DNA of 64,000 nt. It comes from the human T2T-CHM13v2.0 reference genome, Homo sapiens. The translations under genes and the position numbers were made by a program. The stretch's first letter is position 1, and every line of letters starts with the position of its first letter. The notes beneath the pieces are model-generated. The model saw only the letters and a list, made by a program, of their open reading frames with translations. It did not search any database and was not told the origin of the DNA. Below are positions 1-14,932 of this stretch, piece after piece. The stretch is taken from assembly GCF_009914755.1 (NCBI RefSeq), contig NC_060933.1. One strand, written 5' to 3'.

Positions 1-485
1 CATGTAACAGCTTTAATCTGCTATGGCTTCTAAGTTATCTGCTTTCCCTTCATCTCCCGGGTTATTTCTATGTTCTGTCATTTTAGGTCTCCTTTGTTTC
101 TTAATTACTAAACTGACTAATAATCCAAGGGCTCTAAATATAATATTTAAATCTATTGGTCTCTTTTTTGCTGATCTATTTGTTTTTGTTTCTGTTAGAG
201 GTTTAGAGTTTTTTTCTCTCAAAGACATTATAATGGCAGAAACATTTTCATTATACTTAGATTATCACATTTTTTTTCTGATTTTAATCGTTTCAATTAG
301 CTGGAAAAAGAGCTGCTTGACACAGTTTTGACCTTCCTCTGAATATTTTGATATTTGTATTGTCTGCTTTTCATAACACACCCATGTGTTTTTCACATAA
401 TCAGGTGAATATTACAATATTTAAGCATTTCAGTGGCACCAATGCATATTTGAACCCTGAACTAGCCAATCAAGACTCACAAGGA

Positions 486-807
<322 letters not shown>

Positions 808-3602
808 TCAGGAAACCAAAATGATATGTCCTTAGCACCTGAAAAAATATGCAGAAACTCAGTTACATATGGAATTCATTAGGCGTTTTCTTTGTCCATT
901 CCTGACCAGTTTTCTTACCACCCACCCCATGAAAAGTAGGTGATCTGGGTGAGTTCATTCACATGCCCTGGTTCAATTTCTCAAGAACATGTATTGATCA
1001 CTGCCATAGTTCAAAGGAGGGCCTTGAGTAGGGAGGTGGGAGTGGGGGTCTTTGAAAGCAGTAGGGAATGAAGGGAGGAGCCCACTTGGAGCTGGGATTC
1101 TTGAACTCCCAGTCAATGCAGAGAATGCAGTGATTTATGAACTGTACTGTACTAAGCTACGGTAAAATTGTTTGGTACAATTTAGGGCATACTACATTTC
1201 TCCAGACACAGTGATTTCATTTCAACCTGAACAGTTACTCTGCAGTCTATAAAATATTGACATTGCCTTTCTAAACATATACATTATTTACTGTACAGTG
1301 TATAAAATATTTATGTGATTTTCTCTAAAGATACTGTATGTAGTGCATTATTTTTATCCACTTTTTCCCCCTCCTAGAGGCAGGCATGCCATGAACTGGA
1401 AAATGTTTTTGAGATCAAGGAAAAGCAGCAAAAAGGAAGGCGTTACTACTTAACTGAGAGAGGAGATAAAAATCTTTGTTCTTGATGGTCTTGATCCCAC
1501 CTGCCTGGGTGCTGCAGCTCAGTGCTGCCTGAGAAAGCAAGTGACCAAGAGGAGCAGAAGACTACCAGGTATCAGGTGCTTTGGGTTGACTATGAAGAGC
1601 TAGAAAAGAAACTCAATATTCACCCATCCAAATTTTCAAGGAAAAAAGGAAGAAAAACCTGCATATGCACAACGTCTAAGACATAACAAAACATGAATCA
1701 CTCATCTGTCACGATTGCCTACAGTACAGTATAAACTTCATACTCACCATCTTGACCAAATAGTTGCTATCCTCTTACTTCACTTGGTTTAGCTTCAGAG
1801 ACATTTTCTCTGAGGTGCAGCAGAAAATGTGAAAGGGAGAACTGAAGCATTCATTGAGAAACTTTGAGCTGGTAACATGCAATTGTGATTCCCTAAATCC
1901 TTAGTAAAATTTACACAGCACTCCAAGTAAATAAGATTTCTAATTTCTCCAATATCTCTTAAACTTTTCACATCATTTGGAATAAATACTTTGACATGAA
2001 GCCTCTCTATATCTGTGAGTTGCCAAATATCTGGCTAAGAAGTTAAAAAAAAAAACAAAAACCATGAGAATGTTTTGTTTTGTCTTCATGATAGTAATTT
2101 GGTTTGAAGTTATCCAGTTAGGGTCCAGACTTGGTTCACATTCATTGGAATGCAAAGTACCATTAGTTCTCCAGATTATTTTTTTAAAAATGGGCTTCAT
2201 TTGCAGAAGCTCAGGATAGAGGGGGATGGTATAGAGTTCATTAAAAACCATTTAACACTAAGCTGAATGTCAGTATACTTTGAAAGAGGCCTATTAGTTA
2301 ATGTACACAAGAAGCTATCAGCACTTGTGATAAGTCAAAGAAACCAAACAGTGAAACCCATTAGATGGTACTTGTAAGGCAGTTGGGTTTTATGAAATGT
2401 TTTAGATAAATTAGATTGGGATTGACAGAAAAAGTGGCATTAACAAGGAAGGATTTTTATTTAGAACCCTTACTTGGAGCCAAAAATCCTCAGTTTTGAC
2501 TGACCTTAAATGATTAACTTGGCCACAATGAGTTGGTGACCTCATAGGAGATACAGAGGACATAATTACACCACAACTAGAAGTGTATTTGTTTGTCTTT
2601 TTGTGGCCTTTTCATGGATATAGTGGATATAATAGACAGGATTCTCACCAATACAAAAATAGTGTTACTGCTTCCAAAGACCATAATTAAAAACCTCCCT
2701 TTCTTAGTGTAGTCTGCTGGCATTAGAGTGAAAAAGCAATTCTGGAACATAATTCTGATAATCTGGCTAGACCTAAGAATAATATTTAGAACTTTTAGAT
2801 GAATATTATTTCTTTCAAGTGTACTTGCACAAAATGCAAGGTTGTGATCTCTGACAAGAATATTCTATGGTGACAATTGGGAGGAGATGCTTATGATTTT
2901 ACAGATAGCTGGGGAGGGGCGCAGAGGAGGTAAACTAATGAGCCTAATCTGAAAACAACCACAATGGATGGTCGCTCCACTTCAAAGGAAGATTTACAGG
3001 AAGACCCAACGTTTTCATGAAGGGGTAGAAACTGAAAGGATAGTGATGTGCCATACCAAGTTATTATAATACATTTTAGATATTAAAAACTCAAAATAAG
3101 CATTATTACCAGCTACTTCCAAAGAAAAATAAATTAATGATACATATGCCCATGTCAAATTTTAATCAGTGTAAGTATATGTGAGGCCTCTATGCTTAGC
3201 TGATTAAAAACCATGCTTTTGGGTAATTGAATGATTTGACTCCATATAAAATGTTTTGAATAAAAGCCAGTTACATGTCAAAGAATATCATTAAAGCTGA
3301 TCATTTTGGTTTTAGTATAGTTGATCTTACGCTATTTTTTCTACTGATGAGTAGATAGCAGACCTAGTTGTGTCTAGTAAGGTTACTTCTACCGCATAGC
3401 AACAGAAACATGTCATTGACATAAGGAGGAAACTTAATCATTTTGCTTCTCAATAGTCAGGAGCTATTTGCTTAGCTCATCCGACAGTCAAATATTATTA
3501 GAATGAGAGTTAAGAGAAGGGAAACCAAATTAAAAGTGTTACATTTGTATCTTTTTCCTTGTTTCAATTTGTAGAGGACTTTCAACTAAGTTCTAGTAGC
3601 AC

Positions 3603-3825
3603 AATAATAGCTGAACATTTCATGAATTACTACTATTTGCCAAACATTGTTCTACATTATCTACAGTATTATTTAATCTTCATAATAATCCCGTGAGGCA
3701 GGTATCATTATGATACCCATTTTATAGATAATGGAAACTGAGGCAGTGATGGTTTATAACTTGTCCAAGGTCATGTATCAAATAAATGAGAGAGCCAAGA
3801 TTTGAATGTGGGGACACTAGACTGC
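3603..3825 (-). mobile_element. MIR SINE
   Basis: Reverse-complement MIR core CCCATTTTATAGAT..GGAAACTGAGGC..AACTTGTCCAAGGTCA. Confidence 0.88.
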
Positions 3826-5089
3826 ATCTTGGTTGAGCCCAAGTTCTCTGAGGAAGTAGCCCTCAGATAGTCCAATATCCAAAATCTATCCTTTACCAAA
3901 AATAGATATTTATTCAGAAAATGCTGATTCATTTTGATACGAATAGATCATAAAGTAAAATGGTTACAACATGTTATGGATGTTGAAACATTTAGAAGAG
4001 AATGTGAAATCAAAAACCAGTGTGTGTGTATGGTAGGGGTGAGGGAAACTGTTCGAATGAAGGTAAGACAGATATACCGCCCCTCCCGAAGCCAAAAAAA
4101 AAAAAAAAATGCTCCCTTTTTCTAGTCAGGATTATTACAAAGCATATCATCTTTAGAAAATAGCCCTGAGAAAAGAGAAAATGTCACAAGTTAAGGGGCA
4201 GGGTGAATTATGGCCTGTTTGGTCTAAGTCTTGACCACTGGCAGGATGCCCTTTCTCTCCAGGTTAGAAGCCCAGTGAAATATCTGCAATGACATTGCTT
4301 TAGCCTCCTGGCATTTGATATTGGATACCTGTCTGTTAGCATAGTTTGCGAGCAGCTATTACAGATAACCACATTACAAAGTAGATAAGACGACATCTTT
4401 GGACCAAGTTTGCCCTGGTCCAAAATAAAGATTGTTTTGTTGACTGTTGGAGACATAATTAGATTTATCATAAGGATTGCTGGGTTTAAATGTTGGCCTT
4501 TTCACTGAACATGTATTTGATTTTCTAAAAGATCTCTAAACATTTCTCTAGCTTTCTTTCTGGAGTATGTTTCACAATTGTAATGCATAGTTTTCATTAT
4601 TGCTGCACAGTTTTAGTGTGAGCATGGCAAATTGGTCAAGTCATCATTTGCCTCTACTTATCTTTTGTTAAAAACATGCATCATCTTTTTTTTCCTCTGC
4701 TCAGGAATACTATAATCATACATATAATGACTGCACAATTTGAGTTTATAAACATCTATTACTACATTATCTGCCTTACTGACATGTTTGGAGGATGTCA
4801 AAAAGAAGAAAAAATAAACACAGTACAACAAAGCTATAGTTCATTAAACATTTCATATTGCTTTAAATCTAATACATTAAGTCTATAGTATGTTTAGACA
4901 AGATGTATATATTTAACAACAAAAGTAAAAAATTGCTCTGCTGAAACGACAGTGGATTTTAGTTCTGTGGCTGTAATAATTTGAGGGCCAATCACCTATT
5001 ATTGGTACTTTAAATTTAGCCTAATTGGCTTCAAAACATTTCTTCAAGGAATAGAAACATTTAGCTCTGTTAAAAGAGAAAGCCTTTTC

Positions 5090-5490
5090 ACCAAGGGAAA
5101 AGGGTAACTTATGGTATAGCAAGCTTCCAAACACATGAATTAAAGTAGAGTTAGTTCTGTTAACTACAACTAGATAGATGTTAGAAATGGAATCAGTTCT
5201 GGGTCTCCCAGGGGTCACAAAATATCTTCACAATATGTCTCAGGGTTTGCATGCTTTATTTCAGCTCTAGTTATCTGTGACTGTCTGCCCACTCTTTCAC
5301 CAGACTGGCTTCTATTGCCTACACATGGTCCCACATGGTGACCCGCAGTGTGTTTCATCTTACAGGCCCAATACTCTCATTTGCCAACTGCAGCCCTGAT
5401 TCTCAACTGAGCTAGCGTGTCTACTCCAGATGGAGTGTGCATATCTCAATCTTTAATTATGGAGAGGAGGGGGATGAGCAGTATGAACAT
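5090..5490 (-). mobile_element. Degenerate MLT1-like (MaLR) LTR remnant
   Basis: Loose resemblance to old MLT1 LTRs; boundaries approximate. Confidence 0.4.
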
Positions 5491-6244
5491 CCATCTTTCA
5501 TATTTTAATATAACTTTATATTTGGAAAAGTTAAAATATAGCCATTATTTCATTATGCAAATTCTGAAAATGAAAGCTCCACACAATCTTCTTGGGGAAT
5601 GAGGGAAAATATTAAAACATAGTGACATGTTTGACTGATTCTCTCTGTCTGTGTCGTTTAGTTTAAATTGAAGACACAGTGAGAGTTGGCCTGAGGGATT
5701 CTAGCCAGCTGCTGAATTGACTGGCCTTGGGGCAGTTTTTTCACCTCTAGTCTAGTCCATTGTACTGGAGAGAAGGATCATGTGGAAGGAACTTGCCCTA
5801 TCTCTTCAGCAGGGAGGGTGGTGATGTCGTTCCCAGAGAGAGCACTGTGGGTGGTTAAGTTCCCCTCCCCACCCAAACATGTTAACTAGGTAGCAGAAGT
5901 GATCAATTCTATTACATCTTGGGCTCATATTTTAAAAAAGGGATATAATTTAAATGTCAAGAATTGAGAAAAGAGCATGCGGGATATGAGATATTTCAAA
6001 AGTAAAAGTGTATTTAAAATGAAGTTCATGCACTATGGTTTGAGGAGGATAGATAAAGACCATCTGTTGAGATAGGGTCCAAAGCAGTTTTGCCACTGAA
6101 ATCATAGATGCAGTTGCACTCAGATGCCCTGCTTCTGGTGAACATTTCTGGTGGGAAAGAATTCTTGGCTGAAAGCTGCCAAGTTTGCCTAACATACTTA
6201 GCATTAGGAAGGATCAGGCAGAGCTCACTAGAAGCGAAGATGCA

Positions 6245-6578
<334 letters not shown>

Positions 6579-6879
6579 ATACTGATGCTCTCAGCAGGTT
6601 TCCTTCCACACATGGCTTTCCAGCTTTGAATGGAGAGCAGATTTGCACCTATCACTAAAAGACTGGGAATTCAGGTTTTAATGTTTCAAAAAATGTGCTT
6701 GGATTGGCCTTTCCTTCTTTTCTTTCTTCCAAGGGAGTAACTTTTCCTTGGAGTCAAGTAATGGAGCCAAAAAGAGGAGAGTGTTCTTGTGTTTGGATCG
6801 GGGAAGAACAGGGTATGGAGGAAGCAAGGAGGCTATGGAGGGCAGTAAAAACTAGCTTTTCTTTATAAGTTTACTTCTC

Positions 6880-7860
6880 AGGGCCATTCCACGTGACCTC
6901 TTTCTAACTTATTTTGGACGCAGAGAGAGGAAAGATGAGATCAGGGGCCCCCAGAGTCGACAGAGACAGAGAGGAAGTTATTAATTCAGTAAAGCTGTAT
7001 GCTTCAGAAAACCCTCCCTATTGCCGAAGAAGAAAATGTTCTGTGGAATTTTCTTTTTTTGAAGGTCGGCATCCTCATATGATATTTACATGATATACTA
7101 TAATAAGTGACCCAGATAGGATTATGCGCAGCATTTTTATGGCTCTTATTCATTTCTCCTGTTAAACTGTACAGTCTTTATCCCACATGGATTTGCGAGG
7201 AGGCTGGGCTTTTCTCAGCCTAGGCCTGCCGAGACAGCTCCTGGTATGCCTCTTTTGACTTCTCTCTCTGTCCCATCTTCCCGGCTGTTGTCAGTTTATT
7301 TTGCCTTCAGGCGGAACAGGGCCTCTCCCTTCCTGTTAGTGCTTTGTCACTGCTCAGTCAGCGTGTTACCAACTCTCCCCTCTCTGCACGGTTTCTCCTC
7401 TTCCCACCTCTCTTTCAAGAACACATCCAGAGGTGTCCAGGAGCGTCCCATCTGCCCTCTGGACTCATCTGGTTTTTATTTGGTGACCTTGAGGAAGAGG
7501 GCTTTAACTTTGCTTTAGGTTGTGGGGAACCAGGCTTTCAGAGGCCTCTCGGAGGGAGGAGAGCCTATTCCCAGGACTCACACAGGCCTGAAGTTATTAG
7601 CTTCGTGAAAGCTGTTTCTCTGTTTTGAAAACCTGCGTGAGTCTGTTATTGTTGGGTACCCCAGAGGCTAATCACTCAGAGGGAGTCTGATCCTGCGCTG
7701 TCTGAGTGAGAGCACTGCGAGGCCTTTGTCTCCTTGCTGCCTGCCTGCCTCCGAATGCAGCGGCGCACCTGGCATTCCTCAGTCACCCTGTCTGAGGCAG
7801 AGCAAACCATTCACACCAGGAGCTCACAGAGGTGGGAGCGGCAGAGGATGTGCAATTTTG
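6880..7860. promoter_or_regulatory. Candidate regulatory/exonic unique segment (GC-richer, no recognisable repeat)
   Basis: Higher GC than flanks; CACGTGAC E-box at 6890-6897; plus-strand acceptor-like sites at 7310 and 7518 and donor TGC|GTGAGT at 7636/7637. Confidence 0.3.
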
Positions 7861-8204
7861 AAGTAAATTTATCAGGTTGTCTGAAAACACAATGTTAAGG
7901 GTTTACCTCAATTTGTTTTATACCTCTCTATATTCATGAAAGTCTTGCTGTATGTGGTTTTTAGAACATTTTTCATTTTTCTATTGTGAAATGCAACATG
8001 CATTTAGAAAAAATACACAAAACATATTGGTTCATGTTAAGAAAATATTATGAAGCAAACAGCTATGTAACTACCACTTTATTATTTAAAATGCTACTTT
8101 TTTAATGCAGGGGAAAAGGTCCTTTAAAACATGGTCTCTTTTGACTTATGGAAAATAAGTAGGAATTTATAAGTGAGAATATTAATTTGGATTTTATTTT
8201 AATA

Positions 8205-8488
8205 TTTTCTGAGATGGAATTTCTCCGTCACCCATGCTGGAGTGCAGTGGCACGATCTTGGCTCACTGAAGCTTCCGCCTCCCAGGTTCAAATGATTCTC
8301 CTGCCTCAGCCTCCCGAGTAGCTGGGATTACAGGCACCTGCTACCACGCCCAGCTAACTTTTATATTTTTAGTAGAGATGGGGTTTCACCATGTTAGACA
8401 GGCTGGTCTCAAACTCCTAACCTCAATGACCCACCAGCCTTGGCCTCCCAAAGTGCTGGGATTACACACGTGAGCCACCACACTTGGC
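8205..8488 (-). mobile_element. AluS-type SINE
   Basis: Reverse-complement Alu; TSD-like ATTTGGATTTT on both sides (8185-8195, 8493-8503). Confidence 0.96.
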
Positions 8489-8874
8489 TTTGATTTGGAT
8501 TTTAATATCTTAAGGGTACAATTGTTGTTTTGTGTTCATATACTTGCTGAGCAATTGACTCTTATTTGCCTGTACATCAATCATTTCATGGTTGAGGTGA
8601 AATTTTTACTCCAGGTTACCTTCCCTCATGAAACTGCTATATTTAGGGCTATCTCCTACTTCTTCAAGGCTTAACCCATAAAAAACTAAATTAATCTGTA
8701 TATTAAGGTACACAAAACAGAATTCTCTGTACTGATAAATTAAGACTACTGCAAAATGACCAAGTCAATCTAGATATCATGCATTAATTACTTTTGGAGC
8801 ATTCTAATTTTAAGATCACTCTCCCCATTCCCATGAATAACTCTACAGGGATGACTAAGTGAAATCTTTTCACC

Positions 8875-10525
8875 TCAATAAATGTTTAATATATGCCTAC
8901 CCTGTGTTGGGCATTGTTCTTTATCCTTGAGCCATATGAGAAATAAAAAAAATTCTTGTTCTTAAGGAGCTTACGTTATGGGAGCAAAGAAAAGGGCCAC
9001 AATAATAAGCATAATGCATAAATAAATTATACAGTGTGACACAAGTTGATGAGTGCTGTTGAAAAAAAGAAAACACATAGCCAAGTCACAGAATTGAGAG
9101 TGCAGTGTGGAGGTGATGGGCAGCTTACTGTATTAAATAGGGTTGTCAGGATAAGCCTTCTTGAAAAAATGAGATGTTATCAAAAGATTGAAGAAAGTGG
9201 AAGAATTAGCCATACTAGGGAAAGAACATTCCAGAAGTGGAAGAAGGAACAGTTTGAGCAAAGGCTCGAAGACAGAATAGTGCCAAAGGTATTTAAGAGA
9301 GAACAAGAAGGCCCGAGAAGAGTAGCTGGAGCAGAGAGAATAAGGAATAGAGGAGTTTTACACAAGGTCAGAGATCTGCGACCAGATCATATAAAGCCCC
9401 GTAGGTCACTGTAAGGACTTTGACCTTTACTATAGTAAAATGGTGAGGTCTTGCAGGGTTTTAAGCAAACGGATGCATTATCTGATTAACTTTTCAAACA
9501 GATGTGCCAGTTATTAAACTATTGTCTCTTTTTTTTTTATTGTATCCTTTTTTCTACTCTTTTAATAATTGTAGACGGTGTTCTCATCTCTTAACTCCAA
9601 ACTCATCCTTCTGATACTTGACTTTGTGATGCTGAGGATGGGACTCTTCAGACCACACTTCTTTTTTACAGGTTCCTCCTGTTAGGCTCTGTCCACAGGA
9701 GACAGTAGAGGGGGACAGCAAGAATGAAGGCGAGAGAAGGGACTTGTTCCTTCCTGTTTGCTTCTTGTGGGCTTCGTATGTGTGTCATGTTTCTAGCAAT
9801 GCTTCTTTCAACCTAGTAGTAGGAGTCCCTTCTCTTAGCAGCAGTTTTCAGTGTTTCTAACAGTCCAGAGCTAACCTCATCACACTCTCTCAGAAACCTC
9901 AGTGCCTCTCATTAGAGGACTAAGCTAGTTAAGTTTTAATATTTCCAATCTCTTTTCTCTAGTCCCCAGCTATAGAAGATGCTTTCTGCTCTTTTTACCT
10001 CTGTTATACCCCTTTTTGTCTGTTTGCTTACTCAGTTAATAACTTTATTCCAGGTAGCAATTATTTATATTACTCTCTCTATTAATATAACTAGTGTGAT
10101 TCCTGTCTCGTAAGTGGGCCCTGACTGATGTAATGAATCACGGTGACTGCTGTGTTGAGAATAGACTAATGTGAAGCAAGAGTAGAATTAGGGAGAGATG
10201 TTAGAAGCCTAATGTTTAGGCCAAGCAAGAAATGCTCAGAACAGGGAGGCAGCAATAGAGGAGATGGAAAATGAGTAAATTCTGGATAGCTTATGAAGAA
10301 AAAAGTAGATTGAATTCCTGAAAGTTTGGATTTGAGTGGTGAGAAAGAGAGGGTCAGGGATGATTCCTAGGACTTTTTAGCCTGGGCAAGTAGAAGACTA
10401 GATTTGCCATCAACCAAGATGGGGAAAGCTATAGGTAGAGTAGATTAGGGGCAAAGAATGAAAAATTCAGTTTTAGACTCATTATTTAGACATTAACAGA
10501 GATGTCATATAGGCAGTTGGATATA
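8875..10525 (-). mobile_element. L2 LINE 3' fragment, split by an LTR33 insertion
   Basis: L2-type end (TCAATAAATGTTT..TGCCTACCCTGTGTTGGGCATTGTTCT), GGTTTTAAGCA.. before the LTR; GCTGTGTTGAGAATAGACT.. to AGGCAGTTGGATATA after it. Confidence 0.8.
9570..10132 (+). mobile_element. LTR33-like ERVL solo LTR
   Basis: Start resembles LTR33 (CTCCAAACTCATCCTTCT..CTTTGTGATGCTGAGGATGGGACTCT); end ATAACTAGTGTGATTCCTGTCTC..CCCTGACTGATGTA. Confidence 0.75.
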
Positions 10526-10654
10526 ATCAAAGAACTAATTCTCATTCTTTTCTACATGGCCCTGGGCCATGATCACAACTTTTGCTACACTAGAAAAATT
10601 TATTGAAAGATTTATGCTCTTGAAGTTAAATTATTTGCAGGAATTTAAGTCATT

Positions 10655-11040
10655 GAGTTAAGAACACAGATGTTGGAATGAGACAGATCTAGGTTTGAAT
10701 CCTGGTTCCTTGGTTCATCTGTCACATTGAATAAGATAGGTATCCTTTCTAAGCTTAAATTTCATCAGCTTAAATAAAAAACATTAAAAAGAATTTTAAA
10801 ATGGTGAAAATAACACCAAACTTGCACAGTAATTGAAAAATAGAAATTGAAGGATAGACAGTACTGAGCACATTGTAACCTTTGCAAGTAAAACATCCTC
10901 CTCAGTTTCCTTATTTATAAAATGGGGATAATAATATCTATTTTATAGGGTTTTTTTGAGTATTACATCAGAACAACACATGCAAATCACCTAACAGAGG
11001 ACTCTCTGTATAACAGACACTCAGTGCATCTAAGCTTTTC
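10655..11040 (+). mobile_element. MIR fragments (two pieces)
   Basis: GTTAAGAACACAG..GGTTTGAATCCTGGTTC and CTCAGTTTCCTTATTTATAAAATGGGGATAATAATA core. Confidence 0.75.
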
Positions 11041-11275
11041 TCTTTATGTGCTATTTCATTGTATGCTGAAAACATCTCACTCATTTACAAATTTAACAGT
11101 ATTTTTCAAAGTCTGTTCCACAAAGCATTAATTCCAGAGGATGTTAATAGGGGTTAATACAATAAAATTAAGTCTGGTCCCAAAGAGGTGGCAGGTGGCT
11201 GTACACCATGATTGGTCAGTATCTCTGCCTTCTACGGCTCTTCTCTCTTCTTACTCAGTGTTCTCTCATCCAGGT

Positions 11276-11650
11276 TGATATGGTTTGGCTTTGTGTCCCC
11301 ACCCAAATCTCATCTTGAATTGTATCCCATAATCCCCACAACTCCTGGGAGAGACCTAGTGGGAGGCAATTGAATCATGAGGGCGGTTTCCTCTATGCTA
11401 TTCTCATCATAGTGAGTTCGTTCTCATAAGATCTGGTGGTTTTATAAGGGGCTTTCCCCCTCCTTCACTCGACACTTCTCTCCTGCTGCCATCTGAAGAA
11501 GGTCATGTTTGCTTCCCCTTCCACCATGATTGTAAGTTTCCTGAGGCCTCCCTAGCCATGCAGAACTGTAGGTCACTTAAACCTCTTTTCTTTATAAATT
11601 ACCCAGTCTTGGGCAGTTCTTTATAGCAGTGTGAGAAAAAGACTAATACA
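11276..11650 (+). mobile_element. THE1C-type MaLR solo LTR
   Basis: TGATATGGTTTGGCT..CCCACCCAAATCTCATCTTGAATTG start, GACTAATACA end, 5-bp TSD CAGGT/CTGGT (1 mismatch). Confidence 0.93.
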
Positions 11651-11914
11651 CTGGTTGGCCCTCTCAAGATCTCTTTTTGGATCAACTGTAGTTACCCAGA
11701 AAATGACAGTATATTTTTCAAGAGACTACTCTGCCTTCCACAGTCAGAGGAAAAAAATGTATTAAGTGTCTGTGATTAAATCCAACTAAGTACCTCCTCT
11801 TTACCGGGCTCTACATAGCTGGAACTCAAATATGATGGTTCCTTGCTAACAAGGAGCATTATATTTGGTATCAGGGAAGGAGTAAGTTGTTTCTGGGTAT
11901 AGATGTTTCTGAAG

Positions 11915-12465
<551 letters not shown>

Positions 12466-13704
12466 TAGTGCTAAGCTGCATGTTACTGCTAAAATGTGAA
12501 ATAAGAGTTGAAAAAAATAAGAGTACGGGTCACAGAAGTGAGGAGTAATATTACAAAAAGAAAGAACGAATCTGAGCCTTAGATAATAGGGAATTTGTGT
12601 TACTTCTGCTTTTATTTTGTTGTTTTTGGAATGAGGACAAGGATAGTCAGAGATTACGGCAGTATAGGAAGAAGATATATTGAGCAAGAATGTCAAATTT
12701 CATTTCTTTTCTGGAGGTCTGTGTTATTACCTTCTGATTAGAAAACTGGTGTTAGTCTATTGCTTGGTGGATGGGATGTTATTGTACTGTTATACTGCTT
12801 CAACTACAGATCTTTTATTCACGATTCCAAGTTAAATTTTTAAATATTTTACAAAGAAGGCAGGTGTGAGTCCCCTTTCTTTAGTTGGCACATATCTCAC
12901 TAGCATTATTATATAATGTAGCTTTTGAAATAATTTCAACTGGGATGAAGTACATATTTTCTTTTAGCTGTTAGTTTCCAAAGCATGACTACAGTACCAA
13001 TTGGCATATAATTTTAAAGGCTGACATAACACGCAAAAGAAAGGATTTAGATATTTAATATTTAATATCCCCAAAAGATTACTGTAATTATTTATTTTTT
13101 AAAAAAGAGATGACTAGGAACATGGTCGAGACATTTTTTTTCGGTGCAAGTGATCAACGAGAGAAACAAAAGTCATTCATTGCAGAGGAACATTGCTTAT
13201 CACTCATACTTTGAGAAATGCGGGGAAGCTTTCCAGTTCTGCGGATTTACTTCTTGTCTAATTCACTGTGCTTTTAAAATGAGCAGCTTGGCAATATAGA
13301 AATTTAGACTCACGTTTCTATCTATAAATCATCAGTTTGTCCCTTATGTTGACAGTTGCTGTACAAAATCAGAGAATTTCAGAGTGTTCCAGCAACAAAA
13401 TGTAAGAAATTTCAGAACACATAAATTTTAAGTGTTTTCTACCTACATCAGCAACATCATTTTAGCAAAATACGGAGAGGACATTCAAGTGCCAAGATGG
13501 GAAATAAAATAAATAGGAAAACAGAGTTCAAAATAGGGGGCATGCTTGGATAACCAAACTAATTATTGAGAGATGCCATTGTGACTTACTAAGCTGCTTG
13601 TTAGTTACCTAAGGGAAGACAAGTTGGAAAGTGAAGAAATATGTGCCAAGTCCAAAACTGAGGATCGGACCAGAAAAGCACTATTTCGAGCAAATGCTAT
13701 GTCT

Positions 13705-13825
13705 TTCATCATTCAACTATTGAGCAGTTACAATAATGTAAGCCAAACACTATGAATCATTAGAGATAAAAACAAGATGAATATGACTTAGTTGACCTCC
13801 TCAAGGAACTTATAACTTGGTAGTG
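13705..13825 (-). mobile_element. L2 3'-end fragment
   Basis: CATTCAACTATTGAGC..AGCCAAACACTATG..CCTCAAGGAACTTATAACTTGGT. Confidence 0.6.
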
Positions 13826-14888
13826 GTTTTTGTGACTGGTAGCCTTAACACAACTTTTACAAACTGCCAGATTCAATTGAAGATGTGGATGAGGGAATAG
13901 GAAACAACCATATAGATGATATACAATTGATTATGCGATAGGACCACCAACCTAACCATTTCCAGCATTTGAGAAGAAATATTCTTGCCCCCATTTTCCT
14001 CACAAATTTAAGAGGAGTATCAGTTAAGTCCTTTGTGACCCTTAAAAGGAGCAAGCCAACATTTTCATGAATAGCCTATTCATATGCCAGGACCTGGACC
14101 CCTATATTGACTTTTACCATTTCCAATTATTTTTCACAAGTGATACCGAAGGGGTGAGGGAGTGAGAAAGAAAAAAAACTTCACAAATTGACTCTTAAAA
14201 ATCACATAGTTTCACTTTTCTCATTCATTTAGTTTAAGTGCCTTGGCTATCGCCTTTATATTGTACTTATTTGTAACGATCGGTTAAATTGATGAATAGC
14301 AGAAATAGTAAATTTAATAGATTGTGCTTAATATTTTGCTCTTGAGCCAATGTTCTTCTAAATTAGTTAGGTTTCAATGATTATGTCTTCTTTTACAACT
14401 GCCTCAAATTCCATAACTCCTTGTACCTAGATTAAGGACATTTAAAGGAAATGTAGCAGCAGGAAAGAGCTGAGTGTTAGAGAGAGTAATATCTTAATGC
14501 ATTGTTATTGCTTTATTGATCGGAATCGATTCTTTCCCTTGTTCATTTTCGTAGGTGCTCCCATCATGACAGCAATTGTGAAAACTGCAAAATTTCTCCT
14601 ACTTACAGCTTTCTGTATTCATTTACCATAAATTTTAACAGAAACCTCAAATCTCGCTACAAAATGTTTTAGCGCAAGTATGAATTATTTTAGAGAGCTG
14701 GTTAATAATCCCTTTGGCTCAACTGCATTCCTCTTAGTTTACTGAATTTATATGCTATGGTTAAATATATATATGTATATTTTCTGTGGCTATATATACA
14801 TAATCTTTGGCTTATGTGACAAGGGATTCCCTGTTAAGAATAATTTAACAAATATGTCCTTTAAAAGATCGCAATAATAATGATGGGC

Positions 14889-14891
<3 letters not shown>

Positions 14892-14930
<39 letters not shown>
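14892..14930. repeat. (AC)n microsatellite, ~19.5 units
   Basis: Perfect AC run read directly. Confidence 0.99.

Positions 14931-14932
<2 letters not shown>

Noticed and set aside
13-331. Overlapping 71-aa and 102-aa ORFs at the window start
   Set aside because: No recognisable protein similarity or convincing splice context; I could not assign them.
9046-9414. 122-aa charged ORF
   Set aside because: Lies in the purine-rich antisense strand of an L2 fossil.
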